Source: Promethearchaeota archaeon (GTDB lineage Archaea; Asgardarchaeota; Lokiarchaeia; Sigyniarchaeales; SOKP01). Taken from it: 44,701 nt of DNA. Location: NCBI GenBank assembly GCA_048940925.1, contig JBHLOC010000021.1, positions 1 through 44,701 on the forward strand, read 5' to 3'. Numbering within the stretch: position 1 is the first letter of the stretch; each line of letters begins with the position of its first letter. Shown one piece after another: positions 10,138-18,801 of the stretch. Both the position numbers and the translations under genes were made by a program. The notes under the pieces are model-generated. The model was given only the letters and a program-made list of their open reading frames with translations. It was not told the origin of the DNA and did no database searches.

Positions 10138-11055
10138 ATGAATAATACCTATATACAAGATTATATCAAGGCAGGAAAGGCAGTTATAGCTGCTAAAAAA
10201 TTAGCGAGAAGAATTATCAAACCAGGAGAATCCTTTTTAGAGATAGCGAATAAATGTGAAGCAGAAATTCATAAGAATGAATGCGAACTTTCATTCCCCA
10301 TCAATATGTCTTTGAATGAAATTGCTGCTCATTATAGTCCTCCGATTGATGATGATACTATAATACCAGAGAAAGGATTATTAAAAATCGATGTTGGTTC
10401 TCATTATAATGGATATATTGCAGACTCGGCATTTACAATTAATCTTGATGAAGATCCAAGACTTCAAAATTACATTGATGCAGCAAAAGAAGCTCTTGAA
10501 GCAGCAATTCAATTATTTAATCCCGGAATAAAATTATATGAACTGGGGGAAGCTATTGCTCAAAAAATTATAAATCGGGGTTTACGACCCATTACAAATT
10601 TAGGAGGTCATGAATTGAAGCAATATAATTTACACGCTGGACCTTTCATTCCAAATTATAAGGAAAAATTACATAATCAAATTTTAAAGCCTGGAGATGC
10701 ATATGCATGTGAACCTTTTACTACATCTGGTGTGGGAAAAGTAGAGAATGGGTCTCATGCATATATTTTTAGATTTGTCAAACGTGTCAAGAAAAATATC
10801 CCTTATGACTATTTAAGCTATATGAATAAAATTGAGAAAAACTTTAGACATCTTCCATTTTCACCTCGGTGGATTGTAAATAATAATCTCATACCTAAAA
10901 ATAAAATATTGAGAACTCTTGAATCTTTCATAGGAAAAAAAATTTTAGATAAGTATCCAATTTTAATAGAAAAATCTAATGAACCCGTAGCTCAAGAAGA
11001 GCATACTATTGTAATAGATATGGATGGGGAAAGGATTGTCACTACTAAAGAATAA
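10138..11055 (+). CDS. map: Methionine aminopeptidase type II
   Basis: FP.N.S.NE.AAHY, D.G.H..GYIADSA, NLGGH, EPF.T.G.G and AQ.EHT motifs. Confidence 0.96.
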   Translation: MNNTYIQDYIKAGKAVIAAKKLARRIIKPGESFLEIANKCEAEIHKNECELSFPINMSLNEIAAHYSPPIDDDTIIPEKGLLKIDVGSHYNGYIADSAFTINLDEDPRLQNYIDAAKEALEAAIQLFNPGIKLYELGEAIAQKIINRGLRPITNLGGHELKQYNLHAGPFIPNYKEKLHNQILKPGDAYACEPFTTSGVGKVENGSHAYIFRFVKRVKKNIPYDYLSYMNKIEKNFRHLPFSPRWIVNNNLIPKNKILRTLESFIGKKILDKYPILIEKSNEPVAQEEHTIVIDMDGERIVTTKE

Positions 11056-11938
11056 TTTTAAAGAAAAATTAGGTGCTATCATTTTATGTGCTGGTGAGGG
11101 GAAAAGACTTAAAAAAATAACCAAATCCTTACCAAAGCCATTAATCAAAATCGATAAACTAAATAAGATTCCGATTATCAATCATATTCTCAATAACTTA
11201 ATCGATTTGGAAATAAATCATATAGCAGTTGTTATAGGTTATTTAGGAGACACTATTCGAAAGGCTATTTCATCTTTAAAAAAATCTAATAATTTTTCAC
11301 AAATAAATGTGGTAGTAATTGATGCTAAGAATCAATATAAATTAGGTCCTCTTTACTCTTTTTTATCTATTACTAAGAACAAGAGTTTCTTCTCGAGTAA
11401 CTATTATTATATAGTAATTCCAGGGGATACTGTTTTTGATAAGGATATATTAAAAGAAATTTTAGACTTATTATCTAAAAATTATAATTTAATTCACGAT
11501 TCTCCATTTATTTTTTATAGAAATATAAAATTAAAGGTATTAAAACAAATATATAAAAAAAGTAGACTAGTTTCTATTGCTGAACTCATAAAAGTTGATT
11601 CAAACGTTGTATTAAAAAGAATTTCTCAAGTAAAAATAAAAGATATTATTTCTAGTGATGAAATTAATCAAATCATTCCAATTTTCACTTTTAATTATAA
11701 TTTTATTCAAGAAATCTTAGCTCTGTCTGATCATATACATTTAAAGACGATTTGGGAAACATTTAATTATATGATTGATAATAGTAGAAAAATATATGCT
11801 TTTAAGATAAATTCTAATAAACAATTTTATGACATTGATAGTAAGGATGATTTGAAAAATTTAAAAAAAAAAGAAAGGACAATAGGCGCTCCGATTAATC
11901 AAAGTGTAATTGATTCAAAAGGACTTAAAAAAGTATAA
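11024..11938 (+). CDS. Sugar-phosphate/NTP nucleotidyltransferase family protein
   Basis: AIILCAGEGKRL...T...PKPL N-terminal signature; PGD and DID motifs. Confidence 0.85.
   Translation: MGKGLSLLKNNFKEKLGAIILCAGEGKRLKKITKSLPKPLIKIDKLNKIPIINHILNNLIDLEINHIAVVIGYLGDTIRKAISSLKKSNNFSQINVVVIDAKNQYKLGPLYSFLSITKNKSFFSSNYYYIVIPGDTVFDKDILKEILDLLSKNYNLIHDSPFIFYRNIKLKVLKQIYKKSRLVSIAELIKVDSNVVLKRISQVKIKDIISSDEINQIIPIFTFNYNFIQEILALSDHIHLKTIWETFNYMIDNSRKIYAFKINSNKQFYDIDSKDDLKNLKKKERTIGAPINQSVIDSKGLKKV
11863..11876 (-). terminator. Oligo-T tract immediately 3' of the candidate ncRNA
   Basis: Minus strand TTTCTTTTTTTTTT directly follows the closing stem. It also encodes poly-Lys on the plus strand. Confidence 0.55.
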
Positions 11939-12381
11939 TCCTAAGAAGCAATTAGGCAATCAAAGCTCCTATTTTTTACAGAAAATATGTTCTTACTGTT
12001 TTTATGTCTCGTGTATCAAAAAAACAACAACACATAATCAGAAGAACTTAAATTATCCATGTAACATGGTCTCTTTTATAAATGATGTATAGATTAAATT
12101 GTGAAATTGATAACAGATCTCCATTTTAATTCCGAAGTGATAACTTTCTGCTAGTTTGCCAGAAGTTCTGTTAAAACTTAAGCTTCTGTACTTTGATGTT
12201 TAACACTACAGGAAAATTGGGAATCAAATTCAGTATATATATTGGGATAGTCCTAATTGACTTGAAATCAAAAATAAAAAAATATCGGAAAAACGGAACA
12301 AATTTATATAAGTATATAATTGAATCGGTGGTTAAACCGCAATTATGTATCTAATTCCAATGCAATATTTACCTATTGTCC
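11877..12381 (-). ncRNA. Large (~505 nt) structured non-coding RNA of unrecognised family
   Basis: Perfect 10-bp terminal stem GGACAATAGG/CCTATTGTCC, a series of correctly nested long-range helices, TATA box 23 nt upstream and a T-tract downstream; no credible ORF. Confidence 0.75.
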
Positions 12382-12404
12382 AATTAGAAATATGGCAATT
12401 CGAT

Positions 12405-12419
12405 TATTTAAATCTTGTT
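12405..12419 (-). promoter_or_regulatory. BRE/TATA promoter of the candidate ncRNA
   Basis: Minus strand AACAAGA-TTTAAATA ends 23 nt before the first G of the terminal stem, which is canonical archaeal spacing. Confidence 0.6.
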
Positions 12420-12525
12420 ATTAAGATAAATAATATATTTATTGATTTTTTTAACAAATATTTAATGAACTAAAAGATTAATTGAAGATAAAATAAAGAT
12501 TAATACTCAAATTGTATTTGATAAG

Positions 12526-12915
12526 ATGAATGATACAGGTTTAGTACCAATAAAAATTGAATTGTTTGGAGTGGGAATATTAGAGGGTCACATCATCAGA
12601 CATATTGCTCCACTTTCTGCTGATGCGATAATTGATAAAATACCCTTCGTGCTGAGAGGTAGATTTAGTTTTGGGACAAAAAAATATTGGACGCTTCCGG
12701 GATTAGAATTATATAAAGGGCTTAATCCCAAATCTACTAATCTTGTAGAAAAAGGGGATATTGTCTATAATCCAAAAACAGATGAGTTAATAATATTATT
12801 GGAAAATCTGCAAATGTCAAATAAAATGAATAAGGTAGGAAAAGTTACTGCAAATTTAGAATTACTACTAAAGGCAAACAATGGATTGAATACAAAAATA
12901 ACTAAGAGAAAATAA
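12526..12915 (+). CDS. Cyclophilin-like fold protein
   Basis: R..APLS...I...IP, VEKGDIVY.P...L.I and NKVGKV pattern of small archaeal cyclophilin-like proteins. Confidence 0.65.
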   Translation: MNDTGLVPIKIELFGVGILEGHIIRHIAPLSADAIIDKIPFVLRGRFSFGTKKYWTLPGLELYKGLNPKSTNLVEKGDIVYNPKTDELIILLENLQMSNKMNKVGKVTANLELLLKANNGLNTKITKRK

Positions 12916-12919
12916 TGAA

Positions 12920-13741
12920 ATGGCAGTTTCAAGAAAATTAACTATTGTTTTTATCACCTTTTACTTGATTGTTATAATATACCTAATACTTTTTCTTTTA
13001 GTTCCGAAGGTACAAGTTGCGATAGTTGAATCAAGATTAGTGTTGACTGGCATCACCCAAGGTGCAAATTATTTTTGGGCAATAATCATCTCTCTTATAA
13101 TTTGTTTTTTGGGTTCAGCATCTATTGGATTTCCAATTCCTTTTCCTTTTGTGCTTTTCTCTCTTTCAAATTCAATTTTTATTAGATATATTAATATCGG
13201 ATTGAATTTAGGAGAAGTAATTCTATCAAGCTCTTTCTGGCTTGAAATTTTAGGGATTGCTATAGCAGGAGGGTTAGGTAGTGCTTTAGGCGAGTTTACA
13301 GGATATGTAGTTGGATATGGTACAAAAAAGATCGCGGAAGAAAGAAATTCAGATCTTTTGAATAATATTAATGGATTTGGAAAATTGATACTTGACAATG
13401 AGAAACGTACTCCTTTTTATATTTTCCTATTTGCTTTGACTCCTTTACCAGATGACCTTTTATTTCTTCCTTTAGGCATGATTAAATACCCTTTTTGGAA
13501 ATGCATTTTACCAGGGTGGCTTGGAAAGAACTTTACAACTTTGTTCTATTGCTGCTGGCCAATTTTTGTAGCAGTAGGGTTCACAGCTCAAGGATTGGAG
13601 GCTAATGACAGATCAAGTATAATAACAGAAGCTATCTTACTTTTAGTAACAATCACAGTGATGTTTTTCATTATGTCTTTTGATTGGGTGAAATTTCTTG
13701 AAAAAAGAAGACAAAGGAAAAACAAGAAATCTGGGCAATAA
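12920..13741 (+). CDS. DedA/VTT (SNARE-associated) family membrane protein
   Basis: GLGSALGE..GY..GYG and IFLFALTPLPDD...PLG...Y......GK motifs. Confidence 0.85.
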   Translation: MAVSRKLTIVFITFYLIVIIYLILFLLVPKVQVAIVESRLVLTGITQGANYFWAIIISLIICFLGSASIGFPIPFPFVLFSLSNSIFIRYINIGLNLGEVILSSSFWLEILGIAIAGGLGSALGEFTGYVVGYGTKKIAEERNSDLLNNINGFGKLILDNEKRTPFYIFLFALTPLPDDLLFLPLGMIKYPFWKCILPGWLGKNFTTLFYCCWPIFVAVGFTAQGLEANDRSSIITEAILLLVTITVMFFIMSFDWVKFLEKRRQRKNKKSGQ

Positions 13742-13759
13742 AAAAATTTCTAATATAAC

Positions 13760-13930
13760 CTATTTTTCATTCTTTAAGCAATTTAAGCAGACAAAAACAA
13801 TTTTTTTTTTTCCTTTAGAATTTTCATCTTGATAAATACGTTTATAAATGAAATTATTGCAAATTGCACAAACCGCTGTGGTACGACTCTCACCTAATAA
13901 TGGACCAAGATTTTTAAAATTAGATTTCAT
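13760..13930 (-). CDS. Small C4 zinc-ribbon protein (56 aa; absent from ORF track)
   Basis: MKSNFKNLGPLLGESRTTAVCAICNNFIYKRIYQDENSKGKKKIVFVCLNCLKNEK; CxxC-x23-CxxC; ATG 5 nt after the Alba-like stop codon. Confidence 0.75.
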   Translation of the reverse strand: MKSNFKNLGPLLGESRTTAVCAICNNFIYKRIYQDENSKGKKKIVFVCLNCLKNEK

Positions 13931-13935
13931 AAATA

Positions 13936-14262
13936 TTACGAATACGATTTAGTTTGGAGCGTGATTGCTATATTGGAAACTATATCTATTTTTTTTTTGG
14001 TATTTCGAAAATTTCGGTTATTACGCCCACGTTGATTATCTTTAAAATAAGGACGGCTTCCCAAGGAAACATTTGTAATTTCTAGTCTAGGATACATACG
14101 GTTTTTTAGAATTTCTGCAACTTCCACCGCTGTACTTATTTCATTACCTTCACCCTTTATCATAAGGGATTTCTTACCACCTGAAAAAGCAAAAATGGCG
14201 TCTTTTATTGATTTATCTTTGTCATTACGGTTTCTTATTACAATTGTAGTTTCATTAACCAT
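13936..14262 (-). CDS. Alba-superfamily nucleic acid-binding protein (divergent)
   Basis: IKG.G..ISTAVEVAEILK.R...I..V.LGS...VS.I.I.L Alba signature; GAGGT SD upstream. Confidence 0.8.
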   Translation of the reverse strand: MVNETTIVIRNRNDKDKSIKDAIFAFSGGKKSLMIKGEGNEISTAVEVAEILKNRMYPRLEITNVSLGSRPYFKDNQRGRNNRNFRNTKKKIDIVSNIAITLQTKSYS

Positions 14263-14421
14263 GAAAGAACCTCATTCGCAAAAAAGAAATAATATAATTT
14301 ATTAAAAAGAAGCCTATCTTTTAATAATTTCTTATCTATATTAAATTTTTCAAAAATTCTTAATTTGATAATATTTTTACCTACTTTTAAAGTTTGATAA
14401 ATGCAAATTAAAACAATCTCA

Positions 14422-15549
14422 TCAGAAATCTTCTAGATTTAATTCGGCTCGTTGATTTAGATCATGCAAGATTTTATAATATTCAGAACTTCTCTGTTCA
14501 AAATATTCAATTATTTTTCTTTCATTTGTGTCTAAATAATCAAAATAAGGAGATATAACTTCTATTCTCTCTGAAAAATCTTCCATAAGCTTATCATACC
14601 ACTCATTAGGTTTCTCTAACATATTGTATAATTTCTTAGATAATTTCTGTTTTTTTAACGTATATTCTTTTGTTTTTTTCTCGTGAAATAATTTATCTAG
14701 TTGATCATATGCATTAGATATAGATTTTTCAACTTTTTCTCTGAATTTTGGAATTCTAAATGTTTTTTTATAGAAATCAGGATCCCATTCATATAAGTAA
14801 TGTTCATCTACCTCAGCTTCATCTAAATTATCAGTAACTATTATATCTTCTTTTGGAACGAGTATTAAACCATAATTCCTCTGAAGCTGAGCTAATGCTT
14901 TTTTCCTGAGCACCTCATCTATATAATCTAATTCTTTTAGAACTCTATCTATATCTTTATTCATTTTTTTAATAACATTATCAACTTTTTCAACCATTTT
15001 CTTTTTATCATATTCATATTTTAAATCTATTAGATTATAAGTAGAACTCAATCCTAAGGTGGGGTCTTTCAGTCTTAATCCTGCTATTCCTAAGAAATGT
15101 TCATTAGATCCTTTTTCACAGTGATCAAAAATCAACCCTACTGCAAAAGGATTTGGGATCTGATAACCTAAATGAGTTAAATGATCTATAGGTGAGTAAA
15201 AAAATCCAAATCCCGGATGAGTATGCCACCATCCAATGATAAAATCCTTTCGCTTATCCTGAATTGATCTTTCGAAAACAGAAGCATCAATTTGAGCCAT
15301 ATCCACATATTGTTTACTTTCATATTTAACACCAGCTCTATCCCCTACAACCATGGGAATCGCATCCTTTACAACAACTTCAGAATTGGCTTCTATCGAA
15401 CCAACTAAAATGCCATATACTTCTCGCCATTTACCAGAACTTATATTATTATTCGCATATCTTATCGCATAACCCACGATTCTTCTATAAGCTTTTAGTG
15501 TGAGTAGAACTGGTGTTTTAAATAGACTTAACTTTTTGTTTTTCCCCAT
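14422..15549 (-). CDS. JAB1/MPN (JAMM) metalloisopeptidase-domain protein with helical C-terminal extension
   Basis: EVYG.L.G and IIGWWHTHPGFGFFYSPID (intact E...HxH-x7-S-x2-D). Confidence 0.88.
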   Translation of the reverse strand: MGKNKKLSLFKTPVLLTLKAYRRIVGYAIRYANNNISSGKWREVYGILVGSIEANSEVVVKDAIPMVVGDRAGVKYESKQYVDMAQIDASVFERSIQDKRKDFIIGWWHTHPGFGFFYSPIDHLTHLGYQIPNPFAVGLIFDHCEKGSNEHFLGIAGLRLKDPTLGLSSTYNLIDLKYEYDKKKMVEKVDNVIKKMNKDIDRVLKELDYIDEVLRKKALAQLQRNYGLILVPKEDIIVTDNLDEAEVDEHYLYEWDPDFYKKTFRIPKFREKVEKSISNAYDQLDKLFHEKKTKEYTLKKQKLSKKLYNMLEKPNEWYDKLMEDFSERIEVISPYFDYLDTNERKIIEYFEQRSSEYYKILHDLNQRAELNLEDF

Positions 15550-15696
15550 TTTAGATGAATTTGCCGCTGCTTAAATTATATTTTTAAAAACTTTATTTCT
15601 TATTCTATATACAATTTAAACAAATCATAAATATTTAAATTATATTAGTAAAATTTGTATGTAAAAGTAGTAGAAATAAATCATCAAAATAATAAA

Positions 15697-16281
15697 ATGC
15701 AAAGAGAAGGAAATAAACAGAAGCGTAAAGAGGAAACGCGAAAAGTATTATCAATTTGCGGTCTCCCTGGTTCTGGTAAAACAACAGCAATAAAAGCTAT
15801 AGAGGATTTAGGGATTGTCGTTACGATGGGTGATGTTGTTCGAAATGAAGCAAAAAAAAGGAATTTAAGACCTTCCCCAAAGAATCTAGGTAAAATAGCT
15901 AAAGAACTTCGTAAAAAAGAGGGTTTAGCTATAATTGCTGAAAAATGTGTAGATTTAATTAAAAATAGACAAGAAGAAATAGTTATTGTTGATGGGATCA
16001 GATCTCTTGCTGAGATTGAGGTATTTAGAAAACTTTGGAAATTTCCAATTATAGCGATTATCGTTGATGAAAAAATCCGATTTAAACGGCTATTTGAAAG
16101 AAATCGTAGTGATGATCCTAAGAGTATGGAGGATTTACAAGATAGAGACAGAAGAGAAATTAAATTTGGACTTGATAAAGTCTTGAAAAAAGCAGATTAC
16201 ATAATCCTAAATAATACTAATATTGAAGATTTAAAAAAAAAAACAAGAGAAGTAGTCATAGATATTATTAAAAATTATTAA
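15697..16281 (+). CDS. P-loop NMP/dephospho-CoA kinase-like protein (UPF0200-like)
   Basis: GLPGSGKT, MGDVVR, VDGIRS..E, RF.RL..R.RSDD and RD.RE..FG motifs. ATG at 15697 preferred over TTG at 15655. Confidence 0.85.
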   Translation: MQREGNKQKRKEETRKVLSICGLPGSGKTTAIKAIEDLGIVVTMGDVVRNEAKKRNLRPSPKNLGKIAKELRKKEGLAIIAEKCVDLIKNRQEEIVIVDGIRSLAEIEVFRKLWKFPIIAIIVDEKIRFKRLFERNRSDDPKSMEDLQDRDRREIKFGLDKVLKKADYIILNNTNIEDLKKKTREVVIDIIKNY

Positions 16282-16294
16282 TATCAAAATTAAA

Positions 16295-17197
16295 TTATTT
16301 TAGATAATCTGCAATAATTTTCGCTAGTGAAACTTGACAAACTTCATTATCAATTGAATCTGTTCCTATTATTTCATCTGCACCTGCTTTTAAAATTCGA
16401 AATTTTGCTTGTTCTAACAATAATGCATGTGTTGCTACAGCAAATATCTTATTAGCCCCACTTTCTTTCGCTATTTTTATCGCTGTAGCCATAGTACCTC
16501 CAGTGGCAATGATATCATCCGAAATGACAACATCTTTTCCTTTCAAATTCAAAGCCCCAGACATTTGAATTTCACCTGTCTTCACATCTCTCTCCTTATC
16601 AAAAATTACAACGGGAATATTTTCTCCAAAATGATTCGCAAAAGCTTTTGAACGAGCTATAGCTCCTTTATCAGGAGATACAACAACAATATCTTTCGCT
16701 CCTCTTGTTTTAATATAATCTGCTAAAAACTTCATTGAATCGATGTTAATTGCTTTACATGAACATTCATCCATAAGTTCAGGAGCATGGATATCTACTG
16801 TATATAATTCATCTAATCCAAATGAATTTAGAATACGGATAATAACATTAGCAAATTGACTCTCTCCAGGTCTGAATATTTTATCTTGACGTGCATAAGC
16901 AAGATAAGGCACTACAACAACGATCTTTGTAGCTCCCATACGCTTAACAGAATCAATTATCATAAAAAGTTCCATTAATCGACTATTTTGATTTCCACTT
17001 GAACTAGGACCTGTCGATTGTATAATAATAACTTCTTTATCTGCGATCATTGTTTCATCTTCAAGATTTATTCTTAAATAATTTTCACCATCAGGAAATT
17101 TTTTGATTTCAGTATTTATTGCTTCAATCCCTAATTTTTGGGCAATTTTAAACCCTAGAATCTGTGAAGCTGGACCAACTATAAGAATTTTATCCAT
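16295..17197 (-). CDS. prs: Ribose-phosphate pyrophosphokinase
   Basis: FPDGE, VPYLAYARQD, DIH, SPDKG, DDIIATGGT and ATH motifs. Confidence 0.97.
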   Translation of the reverse strand: MDKILIVGPASQILGFKIAQKLGIEAINTEIKKFPDGENYLRINLEDETMIADKEVIIIQSTGPSSSGNQNSRLMELFMIIDSVKRMGATKIVVVVPYLAYARQDKIFRPGESQFANVIIRILNSFGLDELYTVDIHAPELMDECSCKAINIDSMKFLADYIKTRGAKDIVVVSPDKGAIARSKAFANHFGENIPVVIFDKERDVKTGEIQMSGALNLKGKDVVISDDIIATGGTMATAIKIAKESGANKIFAVATHALLLEQAKFRILKAGADEIIGTDSIDNEVCQVSLAKIIADYLK

Positions 17198-17250
17198 TAT
17201 GACTCTACCAAAATATATTAATACATCTTAATTTTTCTTTCTTTCTTTCT

Positions 17251-17991
17251 TTACAACTTTTGTAAAAATTTAAGAGAGTATTTAATAATTTCTTCTCTAT
17301 GTCCAGAAAAAGTATGCCCTCCCTTTTCAAATTCAATGACATTTTCATCTTTTAATCCAAGCTGCTTTTTTATATGATGTAAATTTTCAAAAGGAACACG
17401 ATCATCGTCTTTACAGTGTGCAATTAAAATTCTTTGATTATTACTTGGATCCTTTCTTAAGAAATATTTAGGACTTATTTTTCTCATAATTCCTTTTCCT
17501 TCCTGCTCTTCAACTTCTTTATATCGTCCCCTTATTGTTTCATAATCATAGCGAGTACTCAATGCGATTAATTTTTTTGCTCTTTTATCGATATAGCCAT
17601 GAGATAATATAATAGCACCTCCTAAACTCCTTCCAAACAACACAATTTTATTCTCTAAAAGCCTTTCGGATTGATTTTCAATTAACCACTTAAGAACAAT
17701 ATGAATATCTAAAAAAATATGTAATATCATTCGATTCCAACTAGGACCGGTCTCTTTTTGAGTTTCTCCGTGACCACGATAATCATATGATAAAACATAA
17801 TATCCTGCCTTTGCAAATCTTTCAGAAAAGAATTTAACCATATAATTTTCCCTGTGATTCATAAAACCAGCTAAATTAACAATAAAGGGAGCTTTTGGAG
17901 GAGTATTTGCAGTAAAATAAATTGAGCCCTTTAGGTTAATATTGTCTGACTTTACAGGAATATCAATATTTTCAGTAATTAGATCAGTCAT
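17251..17991 (-). CDS. Alpha/beta hydrolase
   Basis: YDYRGHGE, GRSLG nucleophile elbow, DD.VP and GGH triad motifs. Confidence 0.9.
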   Translation of the reverse strand: MTDLITENIDIPVKSDNINLKGSIYFTANTPPKAPFIVNLAGFMNHRENYMVKFFSERFAKAGYYVLSYDYRGHGETQKETGPSWNRMILHIFLDIHIVLKWLIENQSERLLENKIVLFGRSLGGAIILSHGYIDKRAKKLIALSTRYDYETIRGRYKEVEEQEGKGIMRKISPKYFLRKDPSNNQRILIAHCKDDDRVPFENLHHIKKQLGLKDENVIEFEKGGHTFSGHREEIIKYSLKFLQKL

Positions 17992-18006
17992 TGCAGAATT
18001 AAATTA

Positions 18007-18441
18007 TTAATTTTGTTTATATTTTTCAATTATACCTCTTAGAATTTCGAGTACATAATCAGTATAGTGTTTTTCATCTTTATATAATCCCTCTAATGAT
18101 GTTTCAATATCTTCGGGTTTCAAATTTTTGGCAAATTTTAATGATTTACCTTCAATTAGAATTGTAGTTTGACTTGCAGTAGCAACCATTGCTCCACATC
18201 CATCTGTTATAAAATTTGCTTTAATTATTTTATTGTCTACTATTTTTAAATATAATCCTAAAAGATACCCTTTTTGCCCTCCTCTCCTTTCCTCAAAAAG
18301 AGTAATTTCTTCTTTTAAAGGTTTTCCCCAATTTTTGGGATTATAAAATAATTTTACAATTTTTTCGCTGTGATCCTTAATATCTTCTTTAATTATCTTC
18401 TGCTGAAGCTGTACTACAAAATTATCAAACTTATCAGGCAT
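18007..18441 (-). CDS. IscU/NifU-N-like scaffold protein (degenerate Cys ligands)
   Basis: F.NPKNWG, I..A.F..DGC....A.AS...LIEGKS; only one Cys in the protein. Confidence 0.75.
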   Translation of the reverse strand: MPDKFDNFVVQLQQKIIKEDIKDHSEKIVKLFYNPKNWGKPLKEEITLFEERRGGQKGYLLGLYLKIVDNKIIKANFITDGCGAMVATASQTTILIEGKSLKFAKNLKPEDIETSLEGLYKDEKHYTDYVLEILRGIIEKYKQN

Positions 18442-18463
18442 AATAACATAATTTATTATTTGA

Positions 18464-18727
18464 TTATGGATGTTTTAATACATGAGTTTCGAATCCACTT
18501 ATATCTTCTGGTGTTCTTTGATACTTTTTTACAATTTCAATAATTTTTAGGTTTAAATCATTATGTTCAGAGAGACAACTAGTTTTATCTAAAAAATCAT
18601 CACCATGACGTATACTGACTGTGTTTTCTGTTACTTTAATTAATTCTGTGGCAATAATTCCGTTGAGATAAATCAAATCTGCAAGCATATTCTTAATGTA
18701 TAATAGAATTGAAATTTGTTCAGACAT
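18464..18727 (-). CDS. Hypothetical protein
   Basis: 87-aa ORF in the minus-strand run with tight spacing. Confidence 0.7.
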   Translation of the reverse strand: MSEQISILLYIKNMLADLIYLNGIIATELIKVTENTVSIRHGDDFLDKTSCLSEHNDLNLKIIEIVKKYQRTPEDISGFETHVLKHP

Positions 18728-18801
18728 AATTTTAAAAAGCTACCTTACAATAAAAATTACAACTACAATTTAAAAAGAAATGAAAAAGAAGAAATAAATT
18801 G

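Noticed and set aside
11910-12092. 60-aa plus-strand ORF
   Set aside because: No recognisable motif, and it lies antisense within the structured RNA.
11877-12381. Assignment as RNase P, SRP, 5S, tRNA, group I/II intron or MITE
   Set aside because: Diagnostic motifs were not found by eye. GATAGTCC (12247-54) lacks a group I P7 partner. No clear target-site duplication or second copy exists in the window. Left unassigned pending a covariance-model search.
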